Shown one piece after another: positions 34,297-43,429 of a stretch of 64,000 nucleotides of DNA (within the stretch, counting starts at the first letter, position 1; each line of letters opens with the position of its first letter). Under the pieces are notes generated by a model, which did no database searches, was not told the origin of the DNA, and saw only the letters and a list, made by a program, of their open reading frames with translations. The stretch comes from Chlorobiota bacterium. GTDB lineage: Bacteria; Bacteroidota; Ignavibacteria; OLB7. The position numbers and the translations under genes were made by a program. The stretch is taken from NCBI GenBank assembly GCA_963711465.1, contig CAVQEG010000001.1, forward strand, positions 1,241,699 to 1,305,698. Reading direction: 5' to 3'.

Positions 34297-34630
34297 GAAT
34301 GTCGGAGTAGTGGCGCCACAGGCGTCACGATGGTTTGTCGTTGTCGTGCGGCCCGATCTCCCATCCGGCGATCCAGCCCGTGGTATGGCGTCTCGAAATT
34401 CTCCGCGTCGACCTCCTCGACTCGTGCGTGCAACTCGTGCGTGAAAACGGTCACCAATGAACATCGCCCGACGCGGTTCGTACCTCTCAGGACGGGGACC
34501 TGGGGACTGACCCGAAGCGGGCGACCCGCTATATTACCATAGTTGCGTCAACGCGACAACTGCCCGTCAGACGCCGTCGCACCCCTCTTCCGAAGGCGAT
34601 TTTTTCACGCTCCCCAAGGCCATCATCCCG

Positions 34631-37438
34631 TTGAAACGGCCCCTTGTCCGCATAGTTCTCGCGCTGCTCTGCCAGTCGGTCCACGCACAAACGGCCAGCT
34701 GGTGGTATCCGATGGGCAACATGCGCGCCACGCGGAGTATCGATGACACCACCGCGCAGCAGAATGCCTCGCAACTGGTCCGCAAGTGGATGAGTCCGCG
34801 CCTTGCCGGAGCCACCACCGCACTGGTAGGCACGTTGTGGAGCGGCGAAGCCGGACAGCAGGTGGTGGGAATCGGCGGCGACGGACGGCTGCTCATCCTC
34901 TCCAGCGGCGGACGTGTGCTGCGGGAACGGACGTTTACTCTCCCTCCCGGTTCTGCAACGACGCTCACCGGACTGTTCGATCTCCACGCCTCCTCGCCCC
35001 GCACCACAGCGCATCCGGACGCGATCGGCGTCGGTGTGGTGCGCACGCAGAGCGACGACAACCCGGTCAACGGGCTGATCCTCGACAGTGCGGGTGTGGC
35101 CATCTACCCCGTTCCCGCGGACGTGATCGCCGCACCCCTGAGAGCCCGTGCCGGGTCGGTCGGCGTCTTCCCCGTCGCCGCCTACGATCCCGGAACCGGG
35201 CCGATCGTCATGGCGGCGATTTCCCAGCGCGGCGCGGTCGATACCATCCTTGTCAACGCGCTGCGGCGCTACCGCATCGGCCCCGGCGGACTGACGACCG
35301 ACTGGGACTACGAACTCGCACCGCGGCTCTACCCGCAGGCTCCGGCATTGCTCACACGGCCGGCACCGGGCGGCTCCGACAGCACGTGGCTGTCACTGGC
35401 CACGGCGTCCTACCGATTCGACCAGTCGGTGCGTGTCGTCGGACTCCAGCAGCAGGAAGAGACCCAGGCCGGCGGTATGCTCTCGTTCAACACCCGTGTG
35501 TTCGATCCGAGCAACGGCGCCAATGACATGTTCGGTCTGCTCGTGGAGCTCCGAGAGATCGCGGAGTCCGGAAATCCGATGGGAGAAGTCGACTCATACT
35601 TCACACGCGTCTACGACTCCTCAAATGCCGCTACCGACATTCCCCTCCGAATTCTCACCGAGAACCATTCGAGTGCGGACACCGGACTGCCGTCGATCCT
35701 TCTGACCGCGGTCGACGTCGAGCAGGCAGGATATCTGGGCCGCTACACAGATTCGACCATGCGCGACCTCGGCTGGTCGATCGTGACGGCCGACCTCGAC
35801 GGATCGGACCATTCGGACACCCTGCTGTCGGTACACCAGCCACCGGTGCTGATCAACAACCGCGGCGATGAGATCATCGGCGCGCGCCGGCGCAGCGACG
35901 GAGGCGACGTAGCGGACAACCGGTTCTACGTGTTCCGATGGAATCGGGAGAAGCCGGGTCCGGACGGGCGTCCGTTCACGTTGTTCGCGACGCAGCCGTT
36001 CAGCGGCCGACTGATGGCAGCAGCCGACCTGCTCAGCGATTCGAGTCGACGGCAGGAACTTGTAACCGCCGATGGCGATTCGGTGCGCATCTGGCAGATG
36101 CGGCCCTACGATGACCTCCGATTCGGCCACGCGGACGATCCGTCGCAGCGCGAGCCATTCCGGATGGTGCGCTCCTTCGGGTTCGGTGCGCCGGTCCTCG
36201 GCGTTGCTGCAGCCGATCTGGAGCTCGACGGCCACATCGACCTCGTCGTGACGACCTCCGAGGCGACCTGGGCCGTGGGCGTACTGCCGGCGCGTCCCTT
36301 CGGTCAGTTGACGCTCGCCTCGGGTACCGATTCGGTCTTCTGTCAGGGAACGCCGCTGGATCTGGTCTGGAGCCGCAACATCGGCAACGGCGAGACCGGC
36401 GTCGAGATCACGCTCGTCGACTCGGCCGGCACCCGCACGCCCGTCGGATCGGTCGGTGCCGCCGAAGTGGAAGCGTTTACGCTGGCGACCGGTTCGCTTA
36501 CTCCGGGGGTGTACCGGCTGGTGATTCGCGACGAGGAACTACCCGCACTCGTTGACTCCACGCGGTCGTTCCGGATACGGGCTGCATCGGTGGCGCCCTT
36601 CGATCTCCCCGCCTCGGCGAGCGTGGGCACGCGGATCTCGATCACGACCGCGATTCAATGCGTCGACACGCTCGTACTGGAGTATTCCGACGGTGGTGGT
36701 GCGTGGCTTCCGAGCGACGCCACGGTCATGATGACCGTCGACTCGGCGCGCGTCGTCTGGAGCGTTCCCTGTCCGTCCTCGGTCGGCTGCGGCGTCGACA
36801 CGGTTCCGAAGCTCCTTGTCAGACTCCGCACGGGCGACGGCGCGATCGCGGCGCCAATCGACACGATCGGCGTTGAAATTGCACCTCGAACGGTGCTGGT
36901 AGACACGGGTGCGACAGCGGGCCCGACGGTGCGGTGGAATCCGGCGGACTTCTCGTGTGACCGGGTGCGACTGACGCTGCGGCGCGGCGACTCGGTGGTC
37001 TGGAGCGATCTGGCAACGACGGCGGACGCACAGCGAGCGATCGAGATCCCCGCCCGCCTGCAGGGTGCCTTCCGTATCGGCGTCTGCTGCGATGCCGCCG
37101 GCGTGTGCGATTTCGGATCGACTGCGTTCACCTACGAGGTTCCGGTTACCGAGGACTACATCGCACCGAACCCGTTCGACCCGACCGTGGAGCAGGCGGA
37201 GATCGTCGTGCGGCTCCGACATGCGGGTCGCCTGAGCGCATCGATTTACGATGCCGGGCGGGCGCTGGTGCGCGAGCTCGTCGACGACCGTGACCATCCG
37301 GCGGGAAGCGTCGCGCGGCTGCGCTGGGACGGCCGAAATTCACAAAGTGAAATTGTTGCCGGGGGAACGTATATTTGCCTTGTTCATACAAGTACCGGTG
37401 AACAGTTCCGACTCCCAATCATCGTTATGAAGCATTGA
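34631..37438 (+). CDS. Large secreted FG-GAP/VCBS-like repeat protein with T9SS C-terminal sorting domain
   Basis: Signal peptide MKRPLVRIVLALLCQSVHAQ. D-x-D-G-type motifs (TADLDGSDHSD, AAADLELDGHIDLVV) are present. The C-terminus has APNPFDP…RLRWDGRNSQSEIVAGGTYICLV…, the WDG…G.Y variant of the T9SS CTD. Confidence 0.55.
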   Translation: MKRPLVRIVLALLCQSVHAQTASWWYPMGNMRATRSIDDTTAQQNASQLVRKWMSPRLAGATTALVGTLWSGEAGQQVVGIGGDGRLLILSSGGRVLRERTFTLPPGSATTLTGLFDLHASSPRTTAHPDAIGVGVVRTQSDDNPVNGLILDSAGVAIYPVPADVIAAPLRARAGSVGVFPVAAYDPGTGPIVMAAISQRGAVDTILVNALRRYRIGPGGLTTDWDYELAPRLYPQAPALLTRPAPGGSDSTWLSLATASYRFDQSVRVVGLQQQEETQAGGMLSFNTRVFDPSNGANDMFGLLVELREIAESGNPMGEVDSYFTRVYDSSNAATDIPLRILTENHSSADTGLPSILLTAVDVEQAGYLGRYTDSTMRDLGWSIVTADLDGSDHSDTLLSVHQPPVLINNRGDEIIGARRRSDGGDVADNRFYVFRWNREKPGPDGRPFTLFATQPFSGRLMAAADLLSDSSRRQELVTADGDSVRIWQMRPYDDLRFGHADDPSQREPFRMVRSFGFGAPVLGVAAADLELDGHIDLVVTTSEATWAVGVLPARPFGQLTLASGTDSVFCQGTPLDLVWSRNIGNGETGVEITLVDSAGTRTPVGSVGAAEVEAFTLATGSLTPGVYRLVIRDEELPALVDSTRSFRIRAASVAPFDLPASASVGTRISITTAIQCVDTLVLEYSDGGGAWLPSDATVMMTVDSARVVWSVPCPSSVGCGVDTVPKLLVRLRTGDGAIAAPIDTIGVEIAPRTVLVDTGATAGPTVRWNPADFSCDRVRLTLRRGDSVVWSDLATTADAQRAIEIPARLQGAFRIGVCCDAAGVCDFGSTAFTYEVPVTEDYIAPNPFDPTVEQAEIVVRLRHAGRLSASIYDAGRALVRELVDDRDHPAGSVARLRWDGRNSQSEIVAGGTYICLVHTSTGEQFRLPIIVMKH

Positions 37439-37824
37439 TCCGGCGTCACCTCCATATACTCTTCATCCTCGTCTGCATGCTCATGCCGGCCATCGGCACT
37501 GCGGCCGGGGGCGGTCCGGGTGTGCAATCCGACGGAGGACCTGCGCCCGACGCGAAGAAGAAGGAGATCACCGCCACGATCACGCGATCGGTGGAGAACG
37601 AACAGATCAAGCTGGTCGCATTCTTTCCCGAGGACACACCCCGACTGAAGTGTTCGCTGTACAATCTCCTCGGAAAGCTCATCGACGTCCACCCCACCAC
37701 CTCGGTCGAGGCCGGGCGCTTCGCGTTCACATTCCGAACGAAGGGGCTGCCCAACGGACCGTACATCGTGGTGCTGGAGGCAAACGGACAACGGATCATT
37801 CAGAAGGTCATGCTGGCGCGCTGA
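37435..37824 (+). CDS. Mini-protein consisting of signal peptide + short linker + T9SS CTD-like domain only
   Basis: ATGA overlap with the upstream gene. Signal peptide MIRRHLHILFILVCMLMPAIGTAAG. The C-terminal 70 aa (LKCSLYNLLGKLIDVH…GPYIVVLEANGQRIIQKVMLAR) resemble a T9SS sorting domain, and there is no cargo domain. Confidence 0.5.
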   Translation: MIRRHLHILFILVCMLMPAIGTAAGGGPGVQSDGGPAPDAKKKEITATITRSVENEQIKLVAFFPEDTPRLKCSLYNLLGKLIDVHPTTSVEAGRFAFTFRTKGLPNGPYIVVLEANGQRIIQKVMLAR

Positions 37825-37952
37825 TGCGCGTCGGCCAGAGTCCCGCCACGCATTCTCCGATCGAACCTCATCCGATCGAACCTCACGTGAACGCTCCCGC
37901 GTACTGCGCAACCGCTTCGTCAGGCCCACGACGTCGCCCGGCGGCCGGCCGC

Positions 37953-38936
37953 ATGGTCGTCGCGCTGCTCGTATGCGCGGCCGTTCACATGACGAGCTAC
38001 GCGCAGCTGCCGGGCGGGTATGCCGCCGCATTTCTCAATCGCACGTTGTTCGCGCCCGAGATCGCTCGAGCAGGGGCGTATACGCCGTTCGAACCTGACG
38101 GGTCGGCGGTTATCGCCAACGCCTCGGCGCTGAGCCGACTGAGGCGCCCGAGTCTCACGTTCGCCGCATCGGAGGCACCGTTGTCGCAACGCTCGGCGGC
38201 ACTGGCGTTTGGGACGACCGTCGGTGACTTCGGCGGGCTCGGCATCGGCGTGAGTCACTACGGGATCGGCGACGTCCCTCGCCGCACGGCGGACGGACTT
38301 CGCATCGGAACCACCGGGGACCAGTGGATCGCGGTGATCGGTGGCGGTGCGCTGTCGCTCGGTCCGGGCAGCATCGGAATGAGCATGCGGTACATCCGTG
38401 AGGACGTTGCCGGTGTCGGCGTCTCCCGAAGCGGGTACGCCGTGGATCTCAGCGGCAGTATGAACTTCGAGGACCGGATCTTCCTGGCAACGTCGGTCAA
38501 CAACGTCGCCGGTGACATGTCCTCCGGCGCAGGTGAGCGGGGACGAATTCCCCTGGAGGTCCGGCTCAGCGGATCGTGGCTCTTCCCCTTCGAGGAACGC
38601 ACCACGGAGGTCCGGCCCGATCCCACCGGTCTGGCGCGGGTCGTTCAGCTTCGCCCCCGGACGTACCTGCTGGCCGTGGCCGAGGCACGGATGCTCGACG
38701 TCGAATCCGATGCCGTGCTCAGCGTCGCGATCGAGGCCGTTCCCGTCGACTTCGTGCAACTGGGATTGCGTGCCGGTGTGAATTCTGCCGGAGACGTCAG
38801 CTTCGGTTTTCTCTACCGGCTTCCGGTGGGATTCACCGATGAGCTTCGAATCGACTACGCGGCACGGCTCGACCAGGAGTACGGCGACACCGGCGGCGCG
38901 ATCACCCACCACGTCTCGATTTCCGCAGGATTCTGA
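37953..38936 (+). CDS. Outer-membrane beta-barrel protein (possibly PorP/SprF- or PorQ-like T9SS-associated OMP)
   Basis: The ATG at 37953 gives the signal peptide MVVALLVCAAVHMTSYAQ. Beta-strand alternation is present and the C-terminus ends …HHVSISAGF (terminal Phe). Family assignment is by context only. Confidence 0.45.
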   Translation: MVVALLVCAAVHMTSYAQLPGGYAAAFLNRTLFAPEIARAGAYTPFEPDGSAVIANASALSRLRRPSLTFAASEAPLSQRSAALAFGTTVGDFGGLGIGVSHYGIGDVPRRTADGLRIGTTGDQWIAVIGGGALSLGPGSIGMSMRYIREDVAGVGVSRSGYAVDLSGSMNFEDRIFLATSVNNVAGDMSSGAGERGRIPLEVRLSGSWLFPFEERTTEVRPDPTGLARVVQLRPRTYLLAVAEARMLDVESDAVLSVAIEAVPVDFVQLGLRAGVNSAGDVSFGFLYRLPVGFTDELRIDYAARLDQEYGDTGGAITHHVSISAGF

Positions 38937-39130
38937 CCGACGGCATGCCTCGTCCGTCGACTGACGATTCGTGCTCGGTGGCATGGAATTGGGGCGCCGG
39001 TCCGGCAAGACTTCGAGGTCCAGTATGCTCGAGGTCCAGGAGTGACCTCTCGGTCTCTCCCCATGCGCTAGTACGAACGGTCGGCGACGCTGCAGAGGGC
39101 TGCTGCGGCGGCTGATCGATTCGCAAACCC

Positions 39131-39178
39131 GTGGCCCCGGCCGAAGTGGTACGGTCGGGGCCACTCTGTGTTCCTTCC
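39131..39178 (+). terminator. Rho-independent terminator ~200 nt downstream of the beta-barrel gene
   Basis: GTGGCCCCGGCC-gaagtggtac-GGTCGGGGCCAC (11/12-bp stem) followed by TCTGTGTTCCTTCC. Confidence 0.5.
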
Positions 39179-39458
39179 GCCGATCGCCGAAGTTCATCGA
39201 CCGCTCATCTTCACCGGCTAGATTCGAGAATGGTTTTCACGAACCATGTGCCCACGCAGAGGTCCAGGGTTTGTTCGTGGGAGAGCCGGAGGTCCAATTC
39301 CGATCGTGTGTCGCGACTGAGCGGCAGATGAACTCCACCGAACCACGTATTTCCAGCATCCTCTGCATTCAACCAGGCAGATCCCCACAGATCTGTGCCC
39401 CCAACAGACGAGTCGGCTCGTGCCCAACGTGTTGCCGGCTCGGAAGTGCCCGATGGCA

Positions 39459-39504
39459 TTTTTTGCGTCCCCGTCGTTGCCCACGACGGGGACGCGTTGT
39501 TTGT
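39459..39504. other. Perfect 13-bp inverted repeat GCGTCCCCGTCGT-tgccc-ACGACGGGGACGC flanked by TTTTTT (5') and GTTGTTTGT (3')
   Basis: Seen directly. It lies in the 693-bp non-coding gap upstream of rpiB. It may be a terminator of an unannotated small transcript or a protein-binding palindrome. Confidence 0.4.
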
Positions 39505-39629
39505 ACCGGACCGGATCGTGGCCCGCGATTGTTTCGCATTGTACCGCCGGCGGCCGCGCACCGACGCACGGGACGCGCTTGCGTATATTCGACTTTTTGT
39601 AATCGACCGGGAGCTGCCCGATACGCACG

Positions 39630-40079
39630 ATGAACCAGAGGATCGCGATCGCTTCGGACCATGGCGGCTTCGACTACAAGTCGCGAATCGCGGAGCTGCT
39701 GACCGCGCGGGGCATCACGGTGCTCGACTTCGGCGTCGATTCAGACGCGTCGGCCGACTACCCGGAGTACGCCACCCAGGCGGCCCGCGCCGTTTCCGAT
39801 GGCCGCGCCCTGCAGGGCATCCTCGTCTGCGGTTCGGGAATCGGCGTGTCGATCGTTGCCAACAAAATCGACGGAATCCGTGCGGCCAACTGCACGAGCG
39901 CCGAGATGGCACGCCTGGCACGCGAGCACAACGATGCCAACGTGCTCGCGCTTGGGCAACGGATCGTCGCCTGGGAGGAGGTCGAGCGTATCGTCGACGC
40001 GTTTCTCTCGACCGACGCCTCGGCCGAGGATCGGCACCGCAGACGCGTCGGCCAGATCCACTCGCTGACCGGTCGGTAG
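39630..40079 (+). CDS. rpiB: Ribose-5-phosphate isomerase B
   Basis: [14 protein letters not shown]…[15 protein letters not shown] is the RpiB/LacAB signature. Confidence 0.85.
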   Translation: MNQRIAIASDHGGFDYKSRIAELLTARGITVLDFGVDSDASADYPEYATQAARAVSDGRALQGILVCGSGIGVSIVANKIDGIRAANCTSAEMARLAREHNDANVLALGQRIVAWEEVERIVDAFLSTDASAEDRHRRRVGQIHSLTGR

Positions 40080-40113
40080 TCCCGCCTCGAATCAATCCTG
40101 CTCAATCGACACC

Positions 40114-41448
40114 ATGTACGACCACCTGCGCTCCGGCGATCCCGAGATGTACCGAGCGATCGTCGGCGAGAGCTTTCGCCAGAACGACAAGATCGAACTG
40201 ATCGCGAGTGAGAATTTCACCAGCCGTGCCGTGCTCGATGCGCAGGGCTCGGCACTGACCAACAAGTACGCCGAGGGGTATCCCGGCAAGCGCTACTACG
40301 GTGGCTGTGAGTGGGTCGATGTCGCCGAGGATCTCGCGCGCAACCGGCTCAAAGCGCTCTTTGGCGCCGAGTACGCCAACGTCCAGCCACACTCCGGTTC
40401 GGCGGCCAACATGGCGGTCTACTTCTCCTTCCTGCAGCATGGCGACACCGTGCTGGGGATGAACCTCTCCCACGGCGGACACCTCACGCACGGTTCGGCG
40501 GTCAACTTCTCCGGCCGCTTCTACAACTTCGTCTCCTATGGCGTCGACCGCGAGACCGGACGCATCGACTACGACGGGGTCCGAGACGCCGCGCGCGAGC
40601 ACCGGCCGAAGATGATCACCGTCGGCGCCTCCGCCTATTCGCGCAACATCGACTACGCGACATTCGGCGAAATCGCCCGCGAGGTCGGCGCCTTCCTCAT
40701 GGCCGACATCGCCCACCCGGCGGGACTCATTGCCCGGGGCCGGCTCGACTCTCCGATCGACCATTGCCACGTCGTCACCTCGACGACCCACAAGACGCTT
40801 CGCGGACCGCGCGGCGGGCTGATCATGCTCGGAAAGGATTTCGAGAATCCGTTCGGAATCGTGGCGCCGAAATCGGGCAGAACGAAGATGATGTCAGAAA
40901 TCATCGATTCGTGGGTGATGCCGGGAATCCAGGGTGGACCGCTGATGCACGTGATCGCCGCCAAGGGCGTCGCATTCGCCGAGGCGCTCGGCGACGAGTT
41001 CGGTCACTACACCGCGCAGGTGATTGCCAATGCACGCCGACTCGCCCGGGCGCTGCTCGATCGCGGGTACGACGTCGTTTCCGGCGGCACCGACAACCAT
41101 CTGATGCTTATCGACCTGCGCAACCGCAACCTCACCGGCAAGGCTGCCGAGAACGCGCTGGACGCGAGCGGCATCACCTGCAACAAGAACGGTGTGCCGT
41201 TCGATGACAAGTCGCCCCTGATCACCTCGGGAATCCGCCTGGGAACGCCGGCGATGACGACTCGCGGCATGAAGGAACCGGAGATGGACATCATCGCCGA
41301 GTTCATCGATCGCGTGCTCTGCAACCCCGACGATCAGGCGCTGCATCGCTCCGTGGCCGACGAGGTGCAGGAGTTCTGCTCGCGGTTCCCCCTCTATCCA
41401 GAGATCCTCGCAGAGCTGGGCGAACGCCCAGAGATACCGGCGGTCTGA
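40114..41448 (+). CDS. glyA: Serine hydroxymethyltransferase
   Basis: [10 protein letters not shown]…[15 protein letters not shown] (PLP-lysine region). The 444 aa are full length. Confidence 0.95.
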   Translation: MYDHLRSGDPEMYRAIVGESFRQNDKIELIASENFTSRAVLDAQGSALTNKYAEGYPGKRYYGGCEWVDVAEDLARNRLKALFGAEYANVQPHSGSAANMAVYFSFLQHGDTVLGMNLSHGGHLTHGSAVNFSGRFYNFVSYGVDRETGRIDYDGVRDAAREHRPKMITVGASAYSRNIDYATFGEIAREVGAFLMADIAHPAGLIARGRLDSPIDHCHVVTSTTHKTLRGPRGGLIMLGKDFENPFGIVAPKSGRTKMMSEIIDSWVMPGIQGGPLMHVIAAKGVAFAEALGDEFGHYTAQVIANARRLARALLDRGYDVVSGGTDNHLMLIDLRNRNLTGKAAENALDASGITCNKNGVPFDDKSPLITSGIRLGTPAMTTRGMKEPEMDIIAEFIDRVLCNPDDQALHRSVADEVQEFCSRFPLYPEILAELGERPEIPAV

Positions 41449-41464
41449 ATCGTTCTCCCCAGGC

Positions 41465-42433
41465 ATGGCACACGACGACGAGCATAGACCCGACGAACAC
41501 GGCAACGACAGTGACGGCGCCGGACACGAGCTGCCCGAAGGTCCCGAATGGACGCGGAGGAACGAGGATGCGCGAAGCGTCGACGCGGACGATTCCCGCT
41601 CCGGCGACCACGTTCTCGGCGATGTTCCCGATGCCGATCGGTACGATCCCGACGTCTATGAAGCCGAGGAAACCGAGCACACCGGACGCGGTCGACTCGG
41701 AGAAATGGGATTCTTCGAACACCTCGAGGAATTGCGCTGGCGACTGATCAAGGCGCTGATTGCCCTTGTGGTCTGCTCGACCGTCTGCGGAATCTTCTAC
41801 AACTGGATCATCGAGGAGGTGCTGCTGCGCCCCAGCAAGGAGGCCGGCATCAAGGACATGATCAACACGGCGCCGATGGGGCAGCTGATGCTGATCTTCC
41901 AGGCAACGCTCTACAGCGGTCTTATCCTCTCGATCCCGTTCATCATCTGGCAGCTCTGGGCATTCGTCAAACCGGGACTCTACCCGCGTGAGCGCCGCTA
42001 CACCGGCGCCCTGGCGATCGCTACGATCGGCTGCTTTCTGATCGGACTCTGCTTCGCCTACTTCGTGCTGCTGCCGGTCTCGCTGGAATTCATGTACAAC
42101 ATCCAGTTCGGCAACATCAGGAACATGTTCTCCATCGCCGAGTACCTGAGCATGGTGCTCGGAATGCTGCTCGCCTGTGGCGTCGTGTTCGAAATGCCGG
42201 TGTTGAGCTACGGACTGGCCCGTTTCGGCGTACTTACCGCGAAGGTGATGAAGCATTATCGCCGGCACGCCGCGGTGCTCATTCTTATCGTAGCGGCGAT
42301 CATCACGCCGACGCCCGATCCGTTCAACCAGCTTCTACTCGCAATTCCGCTCTATCTCCTCTACGAAATAAGCATCTACGTTGCCGTCCTCGCCGGCCGG
42401 CAGCGTGCCGAGGCACAGCTCGGAGACGCGTAA
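41465..42433 (+). CDS. tatC: Twin-arginine translocase subunit TatC with an ~80-aa highly acidic N-terminal extension
   Basis: The conserved TatC core starts at MGFFEHLEELRWRL (residue 81) and has 6 TM segments. The upstream 80 codons, in the same ORF, are D/E/H-rich. The start is ambiguous, either 41465 or 41705. Confidence 0.8.
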   Translation: MAHDDEHRPDEHGNDSDGAGHELPEGPEWTRRNEDARSVDADDSRSGDHVLGDVPDADRYDPDVYEAEETEHTGRGRLGEMGFFEHLEELRWRLIKALIALVVCSTVCGIFYNWIIEEVLLRPSKEAGIKDMINTAPMGQLMLIFQATLYSGLILSIPFIIWQLWAFVKPGLYPRERRYTGALAIATIGCFLIGLCFAYFVLLPVSLEFMYNIQFGNIRNMFSIAEYLSMVLGMLLACGVVFEMPVLSYGLARFGVLTAKVMKHYRRHAAVLILIVAAIITPTPDPFNQLLLAIPLYLLYEISIYVAVLAGRQRAEAQLGDA

Positions 42434-42454
42434 CACGGCTTCGTACGGCCCCGC

Positions 42455-43429
42455 ATGGATATTCAGTCAATCGCACGTCCCGTCGACGACCACCTCCGCC
42501 ATTTCCGCCGCTTCTTCCGCGAGTCCATGCACTCGAAGATGCTGCTGCTGGACACGGTGGTGCGCTACATTCTCCGCCGCAAGGGCAAGCAGGTGCGGCC
42601 GATCCTCGTGCTGCTCTCGGCTGAAGCTGCCGGGGGAATTTCCCGACGCAGTTACGTGGCGGCCACCATGGTCGAGCTGCTGCACACCGCCACCCTGGTG
42701 CACGACGATGTGGTCGACGAAGCCGACGAACGTCGTGGCTTTCCATCGATCAATGCCGTCTGGAAAAACAAGATCGCGGTGCTCATCGGCGATTACCTGC
42801 TCGCCCGTGGTCTGCTCGTGGCCGTGGAGCATGATGAATTCGGATTTTTGAAAATCACCTCCGAAGCGGTCCGCCGCATGAGTGAAGGTGAACTTCTGCA
42901 GATTCAGAAGTCGCGCCAGCTGAATATTCGTGAGAAGGAATATTTCCAGGTGATTTCCGACAAGACGGCAAGTCTCATCGGCACGTGCTGCAAGCTCGGT
43001 GCCGCCAGCGCTTCGGACGATCCCGAGGTGGCGGCCGCATTCCAGCGCTACGGCGAAATGGTCGGCATCGCGTTTCAGATTCGTGACGACGTGTTCGACT
43101 ATACGTCGACCGGTAAGGATATCGGCAAACCGACCGGCAACGATCTCAAGGAGCGCAAGCTCACCCTCCCGCTTATCCATGCGATGAACGTGGCGCCCAA
43201 GAAGGAGACCAAGGAGATCATGAAAGTCGTCCGACGCGCATCGGGTTCCGACGACCACACCCGACGCGTCCGCGAATTCGTCACGGCGCACGGCGGGCTG
43301 CTGTATGCCGAGCGGACGGCCATCGAGTATTGCGAGCGCGCGCGGGAGGCAATTGCACACGTCCCCGACAGTCCCGCGAAGCGGTCGCTCCTGGAATTCG
43401 TCGAATTTGCCCTGACCCGCAATGCCTGA
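42455..43429 (+). CDS. trans-Polyprenyl diphosphate synthase (IspB/octaprenyl-type)
   Basis: Two aspartate-rich motifs are present, LVHDDVVDEAD and FQIRDDVFDY. Confidence 0.8.
   Translation: MDIQSIARPVDDHLRHFRRFFRESMHSKMLLLDTVVRYILRRKGKQVRPILVLLSAEAAGGISRRSYVAATMVELLHTATLVHDDVVDEADERRGFPSINAVWKNKIAVLIGDYLLARGLLVAVEHDEFGFLKITSEAVRRMSEGELLQIQKSRQLNIREKEYFQVISDKTASLIGTCCKLGAASASDDPEVAAAFQRYGEMVGIAFQIRDDVFDYTSTGKDIGKPTGNDLKERKLTLPLIHAMNVAPKKETKEIMKVVRRASGSDDHTRRVREFVTAHGGLLYAERTAIEYCERAREAIAHVPDSPAKRSLLEFVEFALTRNA

Noticed and set aside
37920-39197. 425-aa minus-strand ORF
   Set aside because: Antisense to the beta-barrel gene and runs into non-coding DNA. Arg-rich with no motifs.
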